Positions 18,951-28,949 of a DNA stretch of 48,281 bases are shown here, in pieces. Position numbers and translations under genes: made by a program. The DNA is from a virus (lineage: Duplodnaviria; Caudoviricetes), in IMG/VR virus record IMGVR_UViG_3300017553_000004, positions 1 through 48,281 of that record. One strand, given 5' to 3'. The notes beneath the pieces are model-generated. The model was not told the DNA's origin. It did not search any database and saw only the letters and a program-made list of their open reading frames with translations. Numbering within the stretch: position 1 is the stretch's first letter; the number at the start of each line of letters is the position of its first letter.

Positions 18951-19563
18951 TGCTCAGCCTCGCGAACTGGCGGTAGAACTCGCTGACCGCATGATCGGCG
19001 ACGGCCGGAGCCGCCTCGGCCGATACAGCGCGGAACACCTGGTCAACAGAGGGGCCGTAGAGCAGCACGACATTCGGCCCCAACGACGTGGCGTAGACCT
19101 CGGCTGGCAACGTCTTGTTGATCAGCTTCTCGCCGGGTGCCAGGCGGATTGCGAGCCCTACGTTGAACGTCTGTCCATCCATCGTGCGGCCGGCGCGCAG
19201 CTTCACGATGAAGGCCTTCTTCATCATCTTCGAGTGGCCCTTGTGTACCTGCACCGTCACGCCGCGTTGCCCGGGTGTCGGGTTCGTCGCAAAGCGCGCC
19301 AAGGATGTCGGCCGGTCGCGCCCGGTGACGATCGCCTCCAGGTCGTTGTTCTTTGCGAGCTTTGCGACGAACAGCCTATCCGAGCCAAGATAGCCAGAGG
19401 GGAAATTCACCTGGTCGTACATCTCGTCTCGGGACAAGCTGATGGCGGGGCCCCGGGCTGTGTCGTTGATAGCCAGGCGGGCAGCCTCGGTCGTGATCTG
19501 CGGCAGCTCATCGAAGTACCGCTCCAACTCCTCGAAGAGATCTGCCGTAACGCTGACGCTCAT
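18943..19563 (-). CDS. Tail completion/neck protein (gpZ-like)
   Basis: AIND, GRDRPTSLARFA and LLYGPSVDQVF motifs; synteny. Confidence 0.8.
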   Translation of the reverse strand: MSVSVTADLFEELERYFDELPQITTEAARLAINDTARGPAISLSRDEMYDQVNFPSGYLGSDRLFVAKLAKNNDLEAIVTGRDRPTSLARFATNPTPGQRGVTVQVHKGHSKMMKKAFIVKLRAGRTMDGQTFNVGLAIRLAPGEKLINKTLPAEVYATSLGPNVVLLYGPSVDQVFRAVSAEAAPAVADHAVSEFYRQFARLSNG

Positions 19564-19907
19564 AGCTTCGACGCCGACCAGATTTCTTCGTAGGGGCCGT
19601 CTGCCGGCTCCTGGGCACCCAATGTCAACTGGACGCCGCCAAGAGCCTGGATGGTGACGGTTCCGCCGGAGCGCACACCTAGGGCACGGGCCTCGACGGC
19701 CTGGAAGATGACTCGGTCAATGCCCTCGATGACCTCCGCGTAGCCGCTGCTCTCCAGATCGCCGAAGCGGTCGATCTTGGAGTGCCAGCGAACGCGGATG
19801 GGCTCGGGGACACTCATCGAGTGATCCTGGTAAAGCCCTGGCACGCCGAGAGTCTCGTGGACCGTCTGACGCACCAGGGCTTTTGCCGACGCGAAGTCGA
19901 AGGCCAT
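19560..19907 (-). CDS. Head-tail joining protein (gpFII-like)
   Basis: 115 aa; synteny after capsid genes. Confidence 0.75.
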   Translation of the reverse strand: MAFDFASAKALVRQTVHETLGVPGLYQDHSMSVPEPIRVRWHSKIDRFGDLESSGYAEVIEGIDRVIFQAVEARALGVRSGGTVTIQALGGVQLTLGAQEPADGPYEEIWSASKL

Positions 19908-20287
19908 TACAGGCCCTCGTCCTCCGCATCATCCGCCTTCAGCTTGGCGATGATGTCGTCCTTTTTGGTGGCTTCGCCCAGGTCGACTTCGCGCTTCGCG
20001 GCGAGGTCCTTGAGCTGCTGCACGGTCATCGCGCTGTAGTCAGTCTCCTCGGCACCGCCAGCGGCATTCTCGGTAGCAACAGCCGCCGCCGCGCTGACGT
20101 TGGGATCTTCGTTGATGATCTTGCGAAACAGGAGCTGCGGGTTCCCGCGGGCCTTCAGTTCCTGCTCCAGGGCGGAGATCTCGGCCACCTCGTCGGGGGT
20201 GAAGTCGAAGGGGAGGCCGATCTCCGGGGTGATGCGCTTGCCGTCACGGTGTACGACGATGGTGCTGAGCGGAATGCGTTTGGGCAT
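19907..20287 (-). CDS. Head-associated small protein with C-terminal HeH/LEM-like motif
   Basis: YSAMTVQQLKDLAAKREVDL...KKDDIIAKL; directly after the major capsid gene. Confidence 0.7.
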   Translation of the reverse strand: MPKRIPLSTIVVHRDGKRITPEIGLPFDFTPDEVAEISALEQELKARGNPQLLFRKIINEDPNVSAAAAVATENAAGGAEETDYSAMTVQQLKDLAAKREVDLGEATKKDDIIAKLKADDAEDEGL

Positions 20288-20299
20288 GTCAGTTCTCCG

Positions 20300-20328
20300 A
20301 AAAGGCGAGCCGCCCGAAGGCGGCTGCC
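20300..20328 (-). terminator. Intrinsic terminator after the major capsid gene
   Basis: AGCCGCC-TTCG-GGCGGCT hairpin with TTTT nearby on the minus strand. Confidence 0.65.
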
Positions 20329-20335
20329 GCAGGGG

Positions 20336-21391
20336 TTAAGCGACGCGGATGCGGAAGGTGGCGTTGGGTTCGCCGGGGACCATGAGCGGGGCCGACTGGC
20401 TCAGCAGGTACTCGACGCTGGGATCCTGGTTCTCCCAGTTCTTCATGAACACTTCGAGAGCCTGGTAGCCGGCGCGGGCGTCCTGGATAGCGCCAAAGCA
20501 ACGCACGCCATCGAACTCGCCGACACCCACCACGTCGTAGGTGTGCATGTAGGCGACCTGAGCGCCGGTGTCATCGTCGTAGCTGCCGCTGTACACCCAG
20601 CACTCGATGCGGCCCTGGCCATTCACACCGGTCAGAGTGCCTGCGTACTCGGCGCCCTCGAAGCCGTCCAGCAGGCGCGACACGCTGGTCTCGCTGCCCC
20701 GGAAAGTGGTGTCCAGGAGGTTGCCCGATTGCGGGTTGTCGAACTCCATGCGGGTGGCAAACAGGTCCCAGGCGCCTTCGCCGAAGATCACCCGGCGGAT
20801 GCGCACCCCCGACAGGTCGGCCGCCTTACGACGGACGCCCTTGATATCGGCCATGGGCTTGGCAGTGGTCTGGTCCCACTTCGCAGCGCCGGTGAGGATG
20901 ACGGTCAGGGACGGGTCACGACCGAAGTCGACGAACTTGGTCGGATAGTCCTCACCCGAGATGGTCACCGAACCGAAGATCACGGCGTTGGCGGCCAGCC
21001 ACTCGTTACGGTTGGTCAGCCGAGCCTTGTGATCGCGAGTTTCCTCGGCAATCACTGCGTCACGGCGCTGCGCGTTGCTGAGCGGCTGGTACGGCACCTC
21101 GCCAGGCTGGCGGGCGATGACCTTGTTCGGATCGATCACCGATTTCGGCTTGACGTAGGCCGGCGCATAGCGGGTCAGGCGCGAGCCCTGGCTGGAAATC
21201 ACGCGGCCCTGGACGTTCGGGGCTACGAAGGGCGCCAGCTTGCGGTAGCGACGGTTGACGTTCTCGAAGTCGATATACGGGGTCTCGAAGTTAATCTGGC
21301 GACCGAAGAAGTTCAGCCAGAAGACCGGCGCATTGTCGACACGGCGGCGAACCTGCAGCAGAGTCGCCAGGTCGTACAGTTCGAATTCCAT
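20336..21391 (-). CDS. Major capsid protein (lambda gpE family)
   Basis: LAPFVAP, PAYVKPK, VDFGRD and QSAPLMVP motifs. Confidence 0.95.
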   Translation of the reverse strand: MEFELYDLATLLQVRRRVDNAPVFWLNFFGRQINFETPYIDFENVNRRYRKLAPFVAPNVQGRVISSQGSRLTRYAPAYVKPKSVIDPNKVIARQPGEVPYQPLSNAQRRDAVIAEETRDHKARLTNRNEWLAANAVIFGSVTISGEDYPTKFVDFGRDPSLTVILTGAAKWDQTTAKPMADIKGVRRKAADLSGVRIRRVIFGEGAWDLFATRMEFDNPQSGNLLDTTFRGSETSVSRLLDGFEGAEYAGTLTGVNGQGRIECWVYSGSYDDDTGAQVAYMHTYDVVGVGEFDGVRCFGAIQDARAGYQALEVFMKNWENQDPSVEYLLSQSAPLMVPGEPNATFRIRVA

Positions 21392-21406
21392 AGTGGCGGC
21401 TCCCCC

Positions 21407-21793
21407 TTAGAGCACGGACGAGATGGCGATGGTCGCGATGGTCGCGAACACCGCACGGCGTTGAGCCAGCGTGGTGAGCGCAGCCGGCCAAACCAGCGCT
21501 GCGTGGTTGAAATCGCCGCCGGTGTAGAACCCGGACCACTGGCCAGCGACGCCGGTAGCGGTGGTGGTATCGACGGAGTTGGCGATGATCCCGGCAGCCA
21601 CTTCGCTGCCGTCGGTGCCTTCCGGATCGAACTTGACGATCTTGTCGGCGACGATGGCGATCACCTCGTACTGCTGGAACTTGAGGTTGTCGGCCACCTG
21701 GCGGCGGTTGGTGGTGACTTCCAGGCTGCCGGCGAACAGCTGCGGCGGCTGCGGGAAGTTCATGCGGTTGCTACCAGCGAGGAACTCGGTCAT
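21407..21793 (-). CDS. Head decoration protein (gpD-like)
   Basis: YTGGDFNHAALVWP; between protease and capsid genes. Confidence 0.9.
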   Translation of the reverse strand: MTEFLAGSNRMNFPQPPQLFAGSLEVTTNRRQVADNLKFQQYEVIAIVADKIVKFDPEGTDGSEVAAGIIANSVDTTTATGVAGQWSGFYTGGDFNHAALVWPAALTTLAQRRAVFATIATIAISSVL

Positions 21794-21804
21794 GGTGCGC
21801 CTCC

Positions 21805-23103
21805 TTACTTGGCGTCGTAGGTACGACCGGAGGCCGCGCCGTGGGCTTGAAGAATGCGGTCGGCCTTGGACACCTGCTCGTCGCCGCCCCCGTTGTCACC
21901 GCCTGCGCCGAGGTCCGGGTGCTTGTCGGCGTCCATGGCCTGCCTGAAGGGGTTCTGCTCCACCTTCGGCGCTTCGACCGCAGGCTTCGCCGGGCCGGCG
22001 GCTGCCAGGGTTTTCTTGGCGTCATCCACCGACATGCTGGTCTCGAAGGCGAGATGGTTGGCCAGTGCAGGGTTGTCCTTGGCTTCCTCGCAATTCAGGA
22101 TGCCCTTGCAGCGTTCCTGTTCAGCCTTGCGCTCGGCAGCGGCATCCACTGCGCCAGCGCTGGCGTTCTCCGGGGCTTTGCCTCCCGGCGCGGCGTTCTC
22201 GTCGGACATATCGTTCTCCTGGTTTTCGTCAGAGCCGGAAAGCTCGGTGAGTAGCGCGGCGATCGCCTGTGTTGGCGTCGCCACGGCGTCGATCAGGCCG
22301 AGCGCGAGGGCCTCGTCAGCGCGGTAGCACGCTGCCTCGGTATCGCGGACGACCTTCTCGTCGAGTCCCCGGTTACGAGCAACCAGGGACACGAAGGTGC
22401 TGCGTGTCTTGTTCACCCCGCTTTGGGTGTCAGCGCGCACGTTTTCGGGCAGATCCTGGAAAGGATTCCCGTCGACCTTGTGCTCGCCCGAGTGGATCAG
22501 CTCAACAGATACCCCGAATTTCTCCAGGGCCTTCTCGATGCTGATGTGCATCGCGTAAGCGCCGATGCTCCCGGCGCCGCCGCTCGGGATCACCACGACG
22601 CGGTGGGCGGAGCTGGCGATGGCGTAGCAGGCCGAGTAGCAGTTCGCGTCGACCACGGCGGTGAGCGGCTTCTTCTCGCGAGCCGCGTAGATCTCGTCGG
22701 CCAGTTCGAAGCACCCGACGACTTCACCGCCGTAGCTATTGCAGTCGAAGACGATCGCCTTCACCTCGTCATCCGCCAGCGCCGCATTCAGCTGCGCGCG
22801 GATGAAGTTGTACCCAGTGACGTAACCCCAACTGGCGCCGAAGCGGTTGATGAGGCTGCCGTGCACCGGGATGACGGCAACACCGCCGGCAAACGCGAAC
22901 GGCTTACGCTGCTCGGTAGCGCTGAACCCGTAGGCGTCCATGAGCTGAACCCGAGCCTGCTCGGCCTTGGTTTGCTCGGCCTTCGGATCGGCACTGCTGA
23001 GCTGGAACAGGTCCGCGGCCATGCTGGCTGCGAACTGCCCGCTGAACAGCGACTCGCGCAGGTTCATCCGCGCGATCACCTGGCGCGCGATGGTCATGCT
23101 CAT
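21805..23103 (-). CDS. S49 prohead protease/scaffold (gpC/Nu3-like)
   Basis: NSYGGEV, SACYAIAS, GSIG, HKVDGNP; acidic scaffold-like C-terminus. Confidence 0.93.
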   Translation of the reverse strand: MSMTIARQVIARMNLRESLFSGQFAASMAADLFQLSSADPKAEQTKAEQARVQLMDAYGFSATEQRKPFAFAGGVAVIPVHGSLINRFGASWGYVTGYNFIRAQLNAALADDEVKAIVFDCNSYGGEVVGCFELADEIYAAREKKPLTAVVDANCYSACYAIASSAHRVVVIPSGGAGSIGAYAMHISIEKALEKFGVSVELIHSGEHKVDGNPFQDLPENVRADTQSGVNKTRSTFVSLVARNRGLDEKVVRDTEAACYRADEALALGLIDAVATPTQAIAALLTELSGSDENQENDMSDENAAPGGKAPENASAGAVDAAAERKAEQERCKGILNCEEAKDNPALANHLAFETSMSVDDAKKTLAAAGPAKPAVEAPKVEQNPFRQAMDADKHPDLGAGGDNGGGDEQVSKADRILQAHGAASGRTYDAK

Positions 23104-24746
23104 GCTGCAGCCTCTTCGTCTTTGATGTCGTCGTTCTGAGTGCCGCTGGCGGGATCGTCCGAGAGGGTGCTCTGCGCGCTGGAGCCGCTGCGCTGCGCAT
23201 CCAGGGAGAAGGCCAGGCCGTACTTCTTGACCAGGCGCTCCTCACGGGCGCGCTGGGCGAACAGGTCGCGCCAGTCGAGGCCCAGCTTCGCGGCTTCGAG
23301 TTCGTACGTGGAGAGGCCGGACTTGATGCGCAGCAGCGCAGCCTGGGTTTCCTTCAGCTCGTCGATCTGCCCGCGGCTGGCACCGATCCAGCTGCAGGTA
23401 CTGAGCGCGTCCTTCACCAGAGGCTCGTAGAACCAGGCGGCGGTCTTACCTCGCGGCAGCGGAACGTTGCCGGCGTTCACCTCTTCTTCCAGCCACAGCT
23501 GGTACACGAAGGTCGCGAAGCGATCGGCTACCGACTTCTTGCGCGACTGCATGAACTTCCAGGTCTCGGTCATGCTGGCGCGTGCCGAGCTGTAGTTGGT
23601 CTTCGTGTAGTCCCTGGTGAACTGCTCGTAGGACAGTCCCAGGCACGCAGCGATGTGGCGGAGCAGCGACTGCTCGAACCCGTCCCCTACCCCGCCAGGC
23701 TGTCCCAGCGGCTGCATGTTCAGCTTGGTGCCCGGGAACAGATGCGGGATCTTCGCGCCATCGACGGCAATGTTCTTCGAGCCGTCGAGGTAGCTGCCCA
23801 GGGCGTTCATGTAGTTGTTGAGGTAGTTGTTCAGCGGATCGAAGTTGGTCTCCCCGCCGCCCAGTTGCTCGAAGACCATGTTGCTGGGCAGCTCGGACTC
23901 GATCGAAGCCGCGTAAGTCGCGTTGACCACGGCGTTCTGCAGGACGATCTCCTGGAAACGCTTTGTCATCCGCATCTGTTTCAGCACCGCCACCATGTCG
24001 GCGATGCCCCGGCTTTGATCGGGAAGCCGCTGCTCGATGATGTGCAGCATCTGCTTCCGGCCCCACGGTTTCTCGGCGGGGATCAAGCGCCAGCGGTAGT
24101 CGTAGTTCCACGGATCGGTGGGGTAGCCCTCGCGGATCCAGTAGTTCGTAGGGCGACCACGGCCGTCGATGACCACGCCACGGCGCAGGTTCGCGTCATC
24201 AGAAACCCCGTCCGGATTGCACAGGCGGTCTGGCGAGATGACCTGTACCGCGGTACTGCAGGGACGCCGGCTCTCGCGGATCCACTCCGCTGAAGCCACG
24301 TTCTCGCCCGTTGTAACGAACACAGCGATGGCTAGGCGCACGAGCCCCGTCAGGGTGTTGCGGCGCGACGCATCCAGCCAGCAGTCCTGCGACTCGGCAA
24401 GCACGTTGAAGCGCGCCTCGACGACCTCCTGGAACTCCTCGGCCCACCCCTCGGTCGCACCCAGTGCCCGGTAATTCGGCTGGGCATTGAGGCGGTAGTG
24501 CGCGCCGACGATGTTGTCCTGGTTGAGCGCAACGGCGCCCGAGGCGTAGCCGTCGTTCTGCACCATGTCCCGACCGCGGGCATCTGCCAGCGGCTTGGCA
24601 CCGTTGATGGCCTGGTCGGGGGACCGCATCGACGGAATCCAGAGCGCCGTCTCGCGTTCGAGACGCTCCGCCCCTTCCAGGCCGCCGCCGATTGCCTTCT
24701 GCTCCACAACCGGCATGTCGGTGATCACCGGAAGCCGGCTGCTCAT
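23100..24746 (-). CDS. Portal protein (lambda gpB family)
   Basis: ARGRDMVQNDGYA, NYSSARAS and IDELKE motifs; ATGA overlap with the gpW-like gene. Confidence 0.95.
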   Translation of the reverse strand: MSSRLPVITDMPVVEQKAIGGGLEGAERLERETALWIPSMRSPDQAINGAKPLADARGRDMVQNDGYASGAVALNQDNIVGAHYRLNAQPNYRALGATEGWAEEFQEVVEARFNVLAESQDCWLDASRRNTLTGLVRLAIAVFVTTGENVASAEWIRESRRPCSTAVQVISPDRLCNPDGVSDDANLRRGVVIDGRGRPTNYWIREGYPTDPWNYDYRWRLIPAEKPWGRKQMLHIIEQRLPDQSRGIADMVAVLKQMRMTKRFQEIVLQNAVVNATYAASIESELPSNMVFEQLGGGETNFDPLNNYLNNYMNALGSYLDGSKNIAVDGAKIPHLFPGTKLNMQPLGQPGGVGDGFEQSLLRHIAACLGLSYEQFTRDYTKTNYSSARASMTETWKFMQSRKKSVADRFATFVYQLWLEEEVNAGNVPLPRGKTAAWFYEPLVKDALSTCSWIGASRGQIDELKETQAALLRIKSGLSTYELEAAKLGLDWRDLFAQRAREERLVKKYGLAFSLDAQRSGSSAQSTLSDDPASGTQNDDIKDEEAAA

Positions 24747-24976
24747 CGGAAGATGAACCCCATCGGACGGTTCGGACGCGGCACGCCAGACGGACACAGC
24801 TGCTGTTCGAGCTGCTGGACGTAGAGGTACAGGCGCGAGGCGCTGGCGGCGGTGAACTCCACGCGCTCACCGTTCTGGTCGACGATCACCCGAGGCTTGT
24901 TGCCCATGATCAGGTCTTGGTACGCAGTGCGCGCACGATTCAGATCGTCGATTGTCGGGGCGGCTCCGCAAGCCAT
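24743..24976 (-). CDS. Head-to-tail joining protein gpW
   Basis: AYQDLIMG...VDQNGERVEFTAA...L..Y...LE. Confidence 0.9.
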   Translation of the reverse strand: MACGAAPTIDDLNRARTAYQDLIMGNKPRVIVDQNGERVEFTAASASRLYLYVQQLEQQLCPSGVPRPNRPMGFIFR

Positions 24977-25032
24977 GGCATCACCTTTCCGGGTGTTCTA
25001 TTGGCGGCATAATCACAACTTCCACCATAATA

Positions 25033-25049
25033 ATCAACTTTTTATTGAT
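25033..25049. promoter_or_regulatory. Operator (1 mismatch) upstream of gpW/portal
   Basis: ATCAACTTTTTATTGAT, next to a TATTAT -10-like hexamer on the minus strand. Confidence 0.7.
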
Positions 25050-25062
25050 TGTCAGAACGTGA

Positions 25063-27213
25063 CTAGGCCAGCTTCTCGGCGAGCCCGCGGAAGTCATAGG
25101 TCTTCTTGGGTTCAGTAAAGCGCGGCGGCGCATCCGGCTGGCTGACCAGGGAGTTGGAATCCCACTCGGCTGCCCAGGATGGGGGGTTCGACCAGTCGAT
25201 CTTCTCCACCAGGAGCAACGACGACACGCACATGCCGATGCAGTAGTACGAGAGGTCCCACGCCTCGTTTCGCGTGTGCGGGCGCTTCACCCAACCCTTG
25301 GGCGTGCGATCCTCGCTGCACATCTCCTGATACCACCAGTCCGGCAACCAGTTGGGGAAGCGGTACATGCCCTTGCCCGGTGCAATGCAATCAAGGCGGG
25401 CGTGCAGCGCGTCCTTCAGGACATTCGAGTTGAGCATCAGCACCGGGACATCGCCGCGAGCGGTGGCGTGCTTATCGCGCTGCGTCGCATCGGGGTGCGT
25501 GATCCGGGCACGAGGCGAGCCTGGCTTGGGTTCACCCTTGAGCAGGTGAAACCGGCTGTGCAGCCCCTCCTTCCGGAGCCGGCGGTAAAAGGCGTACGCC
25601 ATGCTGGTGACGGACTCGCCCTTGTCCTTCGCGTAGCCGCCCATATCGCAGCCGGTCATCTTGACCGCCATCCGCCGGCCGCTACCGTCGGCCAGGGGGT
25701 AAGTGCGGTCCATCACCTGTTCGATCAGCAGATCCCAATCCTCCAGATAGGTTGCAGGTTTGACCCATAGGTGCTCGCCGTCATCGTCGACACGGGAAGA
25801 TTTCTGGACACGGAAGCGGTCGACCAGGGCCATGTCGAACGGTTCCCCCGGGGCTATGCCGTGCACCTGGACCACGAACATGTTCTTCTGCACGTCGACG
25901 ATCGTCACGAGAAAGCGCGTACCGAGCGGCACTGTCGGTTCGTCGCCGAGATGCTCGGCGCGGATCTGCAACGTCTCCGGGAGGCGGTCGCTGTCTACGG
26001 CCTTTGGCAAATACGGCTCACCCAAGTCAGTGTTGTAGAACTTCTTGAGAGCCTCCTCGCTACCGGTTCGCTCGTACTCCTCCTCAGCCGTCAAGAACGT
26101 GCGCAAGAGCTCGCCCCAATTGGTGAAGGCCGCGGCGATCCCGTTCAGCCAGAAGCTGGCGATCTTCGTACGGCGTCCCTGGCCATAGCGACGCCCCTTG
26201 GCATCGACCGCCTCTCCGTCCTTCACCCACATGCCCCACTGCTGCATCTCATGGCGGTCATCGGGATGAATCGGGTGACCGCAGTGCGGGCACCGCAGGA
26301 ACGTCGTTTCAGAGGCTGTCAACGGATCAAGTTTAACCCCTTTGGCGTCCTTGCCATCCCACTCCAGCATGGTAAAACGACCTTCGAAATATCCGTCGCA
26401 ATGCGGGCACGGCCAGTACCAACGGCGTCGATCGCCACGGTTGTACAAGGCGAGGATTCCCTCTGCCGGCGGCGCTTCATGGGGCGTTGTTGGCAGCCAC
26501 CGGGCGTCGAGCAAGGGCTTTGATGGGGAGGATTCGGCCAGGGTTTTTTTGAAGCTGCCGAACGTAGTCCCCCGCTTTGCAGCGAGATCGAATGCATTAC
26601 CGTCACCACCGACGTCACTATCGAAGCGGTCGTAGTCGGTGAGCGCTTGGCGCGGAATGGGCTTACCTGCGAACTCAACAACCGACGGCCAGGACATGTT
26701 CAGCATCATGCCGTTGGTGTAGTGCTTGTCGAACTTGTTGTCGGCGTCGCGCTTCTTCAGCAGCAACTCGCCGACGGCAGGGCTGTGGATGTTCAGGCGA
26801 TCAATACGGCGCACCGAGAAGTCGCGGGCTGCTGCCGTTGATGGGCTGTAGATGATCATGTCCATCGGATCGCACTTCACGTTGAAGAGCATCCAATTCA
26901 GGACCAGTGCGTCCGTCTTCCCGGATTGAGCGGGCCCCACAAACACCACCGCGTCGTACTCACGGGAGTCCAGGGTATCCATCGGCTCACACATGTAAGG
27001 AGCCTTGTCGTTGCGCCAGTCGCCGACGTAGGAGCCAACGTTCTTCAGCTTCCGGTATTTCGCTGCTGCCTGAGACACCGTGAGGCGCTCCGGCGGCTTG
27101 AACATGTCAGCCACGCCCAGGGCGATCTCCTCGATGCTGTTATAGACCGTGGTCGTCAGCCGGAGCCGCTCGCGAGCCGCATTGCTTAACAACTGCTGCA
27201 TGCAGGTCCTCAA
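25063..27213 (-). CDS. terL: Terminase large subunit (lambda gpA family)
   Basis: GPAQSGKT Walker A, ESSPS, RGDRRRWYWPCPHC, RNEAWDL; exact start uncertain (27213 or 27201). Confidence 0.95.
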   Translation of the reverse strand: MRTCMQQLLSNAARERLRLTTTVYNSIEEIALGVADMFKPPERLTVSQAAAKYRKLKNVGSYVGDWRNDKAPYMCEPMDTLDSREYDAVVFVGPAQSGKTDALVLNWMLFNVKCDPMDMIIYSPSTAAARDFSVRRIDRLNIHSPAVGELLLKKRDADNKFDKHYTNGMMLNMSWPSVVEFAGKPIPRQALTDYDRFDSDVGGDGNAFDLAAKRGTTFGSFKKTLAESSPSKPLLDARWLPTTPHEAPPAEGILALYNRGDRRRWYWPCPHCDGYFEGRFTMLEWDGKDAKGVKLDPLTASETTFLRCPHCGHPIHPDDRHEMQQWGMWVKDGEAVDAKGRRYGQGRRTKIASFWLNGIAAAFTNWGELLRTFLTAEEEYERTGSEEALKKFYNTDLGEPYLPKAVDSDRLPETLQIRAEHLGDEPTVPLGTRFLVTIVDVQKNMFVVQVHGIAPGEPFDMALVDRFRVQKSSRVDDDGEHLWVKPATYLEDWDLLIEQVMDRTYPLADGSGRRMAVKMTGCDMGGYAKDKGESVTSMAYAFYRRLRKEGLHSRFHLLKGEPKPGSPRARITHPDATQRDKHATARGDVPVLMLNSNVLKDALHARLDCIAPGKGMYRFPNWLPDWWYQEMCSEDRTPKGWVKRPHTRNEAWDLSYYCIGMCVSSLLLVEKIDWSNPPSWAAEWDSNSLVSQPDAPPRFTEPKKTYDFRGLAEKLA

Positions 27214-27715
27214 GGATGCCGTCGATGATCTCGCTGAGGATCTGGTGTTGCCTCGGCGTCAGTTCGACCTGGTTGTTGATGGTGTCCCGAGCGAGCACCA
27301 GGGGCATGCGAATCGCCTTTGCCAGGTCGCCGAACACCTCGATCACCCGCTCCGTCGGCCAAAGGTCGCCGGCCTTCTCCTCGTAGCGCTGCTTGTTCGT
27401 CATCGCCTGCCAGAACTCTTTCGTGAGCATTCGCGGCAGGCGGGAGGGATCGAGTTGCTGGACATAGGCCGCGACCTTCTCCAGGTCGTCCAGCGAGATG
27501 TCCTGCTCGACGAGGAAAGGGGCCGCATCCTTCACCGAGTAGATCGGGTGGCCAGCGCGCTTCCCGTTCGGCTGCAGCTTCGTCCCGAGCTTCGCTGTGA
27601 CGGTGCGGTTGTCCATACCGAACAGGCGCCCAAGCTGGGAGATGGACGCCCCCTCGTACAGGAGCCCTTTTGTCTCGTCGTCCATGACCTTACTGTCAGG
27701 CTTTCTACCGACCAT
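27140..27715 (-). CDS. terS: Terminase small subunit
   Basis: N-terminal HTH (SISQLGRLFGMDNRTV), KEFW...GDLWPT; immediately upstream of terL. Confidence 0.9.
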   Translation of the reverse strand: MVGRKPDSKVMDDETKGLLYEGASISQLGRLFGMDNRTVTAKLGTKLQPNGKRAGHPIYSVKDAAPFLVEQDISLDDLEKVAAYVQQLDPSRLPRMLTKEFWQAMTNKQRYEEKAGDLWPTERVIEVFGDLAKAIRMPLVLARDTINNQVELTPRQHQILSEIIDGILEDLHAAVVKQCGSRAAPADDHGL

Positions 27716-27720
27716 GTGGG

Positions 27721-27918
27721 CTAGCCTTCGCCGTCATCGAAGGCATCGTCGAACGGGACCAGCTCGTTGCCCTGGACGAGAAAATCAGCGATCTCATCCT
27801 CCTGCCCCTCCCGATGAATGTAGATTTGGACCTTCCCTTCCATGGTGCGCGATACGCCTACGCGATACGCCGCACACCCGTCTTGCATCCCGCGTTCGAA
27901 CAGTTCTTCAAGAGTCAT
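27721..27918 (-). CDS. Hypothetical acidic protein
   Basis: ATG at 27918 with AGGAG RBS; 65 aa. Confidence 0.7.
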   Translation of the reverse strand: MTLEELFERGMQDGCAAYRVGVSRTMEGKVQIYIHREGQEDEIADFLVQGNELVPFDDAFDDGEG

Positions 27919-27952
27919 GTCTTTCTCCTGCCAGTATCGGGCAGCACTAATA

Positions 27953-27999
27953 ATCAACTTTAAGCGATAAAAATTGCATTAGATCAACTAAATGTTGAT
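27953..27999. promoter_or_regulatory. Operator pair at the head of the packaging/late operon
   Basis: Perfect ATCAACTAAATGTTGAT at 27983-27999 plus a half site ATCAAC at 27953. Confidence 0.75.
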
Positions 28000-28002
28000 T
28001 CA

Positions 28003-28221
28003 TCAGGAACGAGAACGCGAGGCCCTCAATTGCTTGAGGCCCTCCTCTTCCTTGAGCCTGAAGAACTCCTCGTGCACTGCCCTGGCGATCACGTGCACTT
28101 TGCCCACCTTGTAGGTCGGGACCGCGAAGGTCTTGTTCGCGATCTTGTTCTTGGCAGTCGGGAAGGTCACGCCATACATGTGGCAGACCTCCTCTACTGC
28201 AACCCACGGTTGCTCAGTCAT
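28003..28221 (-). CDS. Small winged-HTH DNA-binding protein (excisionase/PrtN-like)
   Basis: 72 aa; WVAVEEVCHMYGVTFPTAKNKI...VPTYKVGK; start overlaps the upstream gene's end. Confidence 0.65.
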   Translation of the reverse strand: MTEQPWVAVEEVCHMYGVTFPTAKNKIANKTFAVPTYKVGKVHVIARAVHEEFFRLKEEEGLKQLRASRSRS

Positions 28222-28882
28222 AGAAGGCTCCGAAAGCCCGGAACACCGGCAAGGGTTGCTCAGCAACCTGGTATTCCCCGTTGGCGTATTCGACGTCAAG
28301 GACAAGACCAGACGCAACTGGGCGCTTGTGCTTGCCGATCACATCGTGAGGGAGAACAACGACATCATGATCATCGAGGGCGCGATAGAAAACCGCGACG
28401 CATTTCACCCCGATGTACCCGGTAGGAATGGTCACCTCGTACTTCCCGGATTCGACTGCTCGGGCCAGCGCCACGTTGAGTGCGAATTGCGTACCGCGGC
28501 TGATCGCATAGAGGTCAACGCCATTCGCCTGTTTGATACCGGCGGCGGGAAATGCGCACTCGTGCCCATCCAGCATGATCAGTCCGGCAACGAGTTGGAT
28601 TGCACCGCTCTCGTTGATGACGCGGGATATCTTCTCTTCGACGGTAGCGACCGGCGGCTCAACGCCCAATGCCAACCATGCGTCATCGCAGCCAAGGTAG
28701 GACGCCAGTTTCTTCATGGTCTTCGGGCGCGGCATGGCGCTCCCTTCGAACCATCGGCGCACCGCCTCCTGGCTGACTTCCATGGCTTTTGCGATATCGA
28801 CGCCCCGCCCTGCGAACTTCGGCGGCACATGAGATGCCCTGTCGCAGGCGAGCACAAGTCGATCTTTAAATTCTGTGGCCAT
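28214..28882 (-). CDS. XRE-HTH transcriptional regulator, repressor candidate, non-S24 C-terminus
   Basis: FKDRL...GRGVDIAKAMEVSQEAVRRWFEGSAMPR..MKKLA..LG....WLALG. Confidence 0.85.
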   Translation of the reverse strand: MATEFKDRLVLACDRASHVPPKFAGRGVDIAKAMEVSQEAVRRWFEGSAMPRPKTMKKLASYLGCDDAWLALGVEPPVATVEEKISRVINESGAIQLVAGLIMLDGHECAFPAAGIKQANGVDLYAISRGTQFALNVALARAVESGKYEVTIPTGYIGVKCVAVFYRALDDHDVVVLPHDVIGKHKRPVASGLVLDVEYANGEYQVAEQPLPVFRAFGAFYD

Positions 28883-28949
28883 AACGGTATCCGCGAAGCC
28901 CCTTGGCTAATCGTAACTTGAGGTAATTTTAAACAACCCAAGTTGATTT

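Noticed and set aside
19883-21820. 645-aa plus-strand ORF and the other long antisense ORFs across the late and replication regions
   Set aside because: Antisense shadows of GC3-rich genes, with no RBS or recognisable motifs
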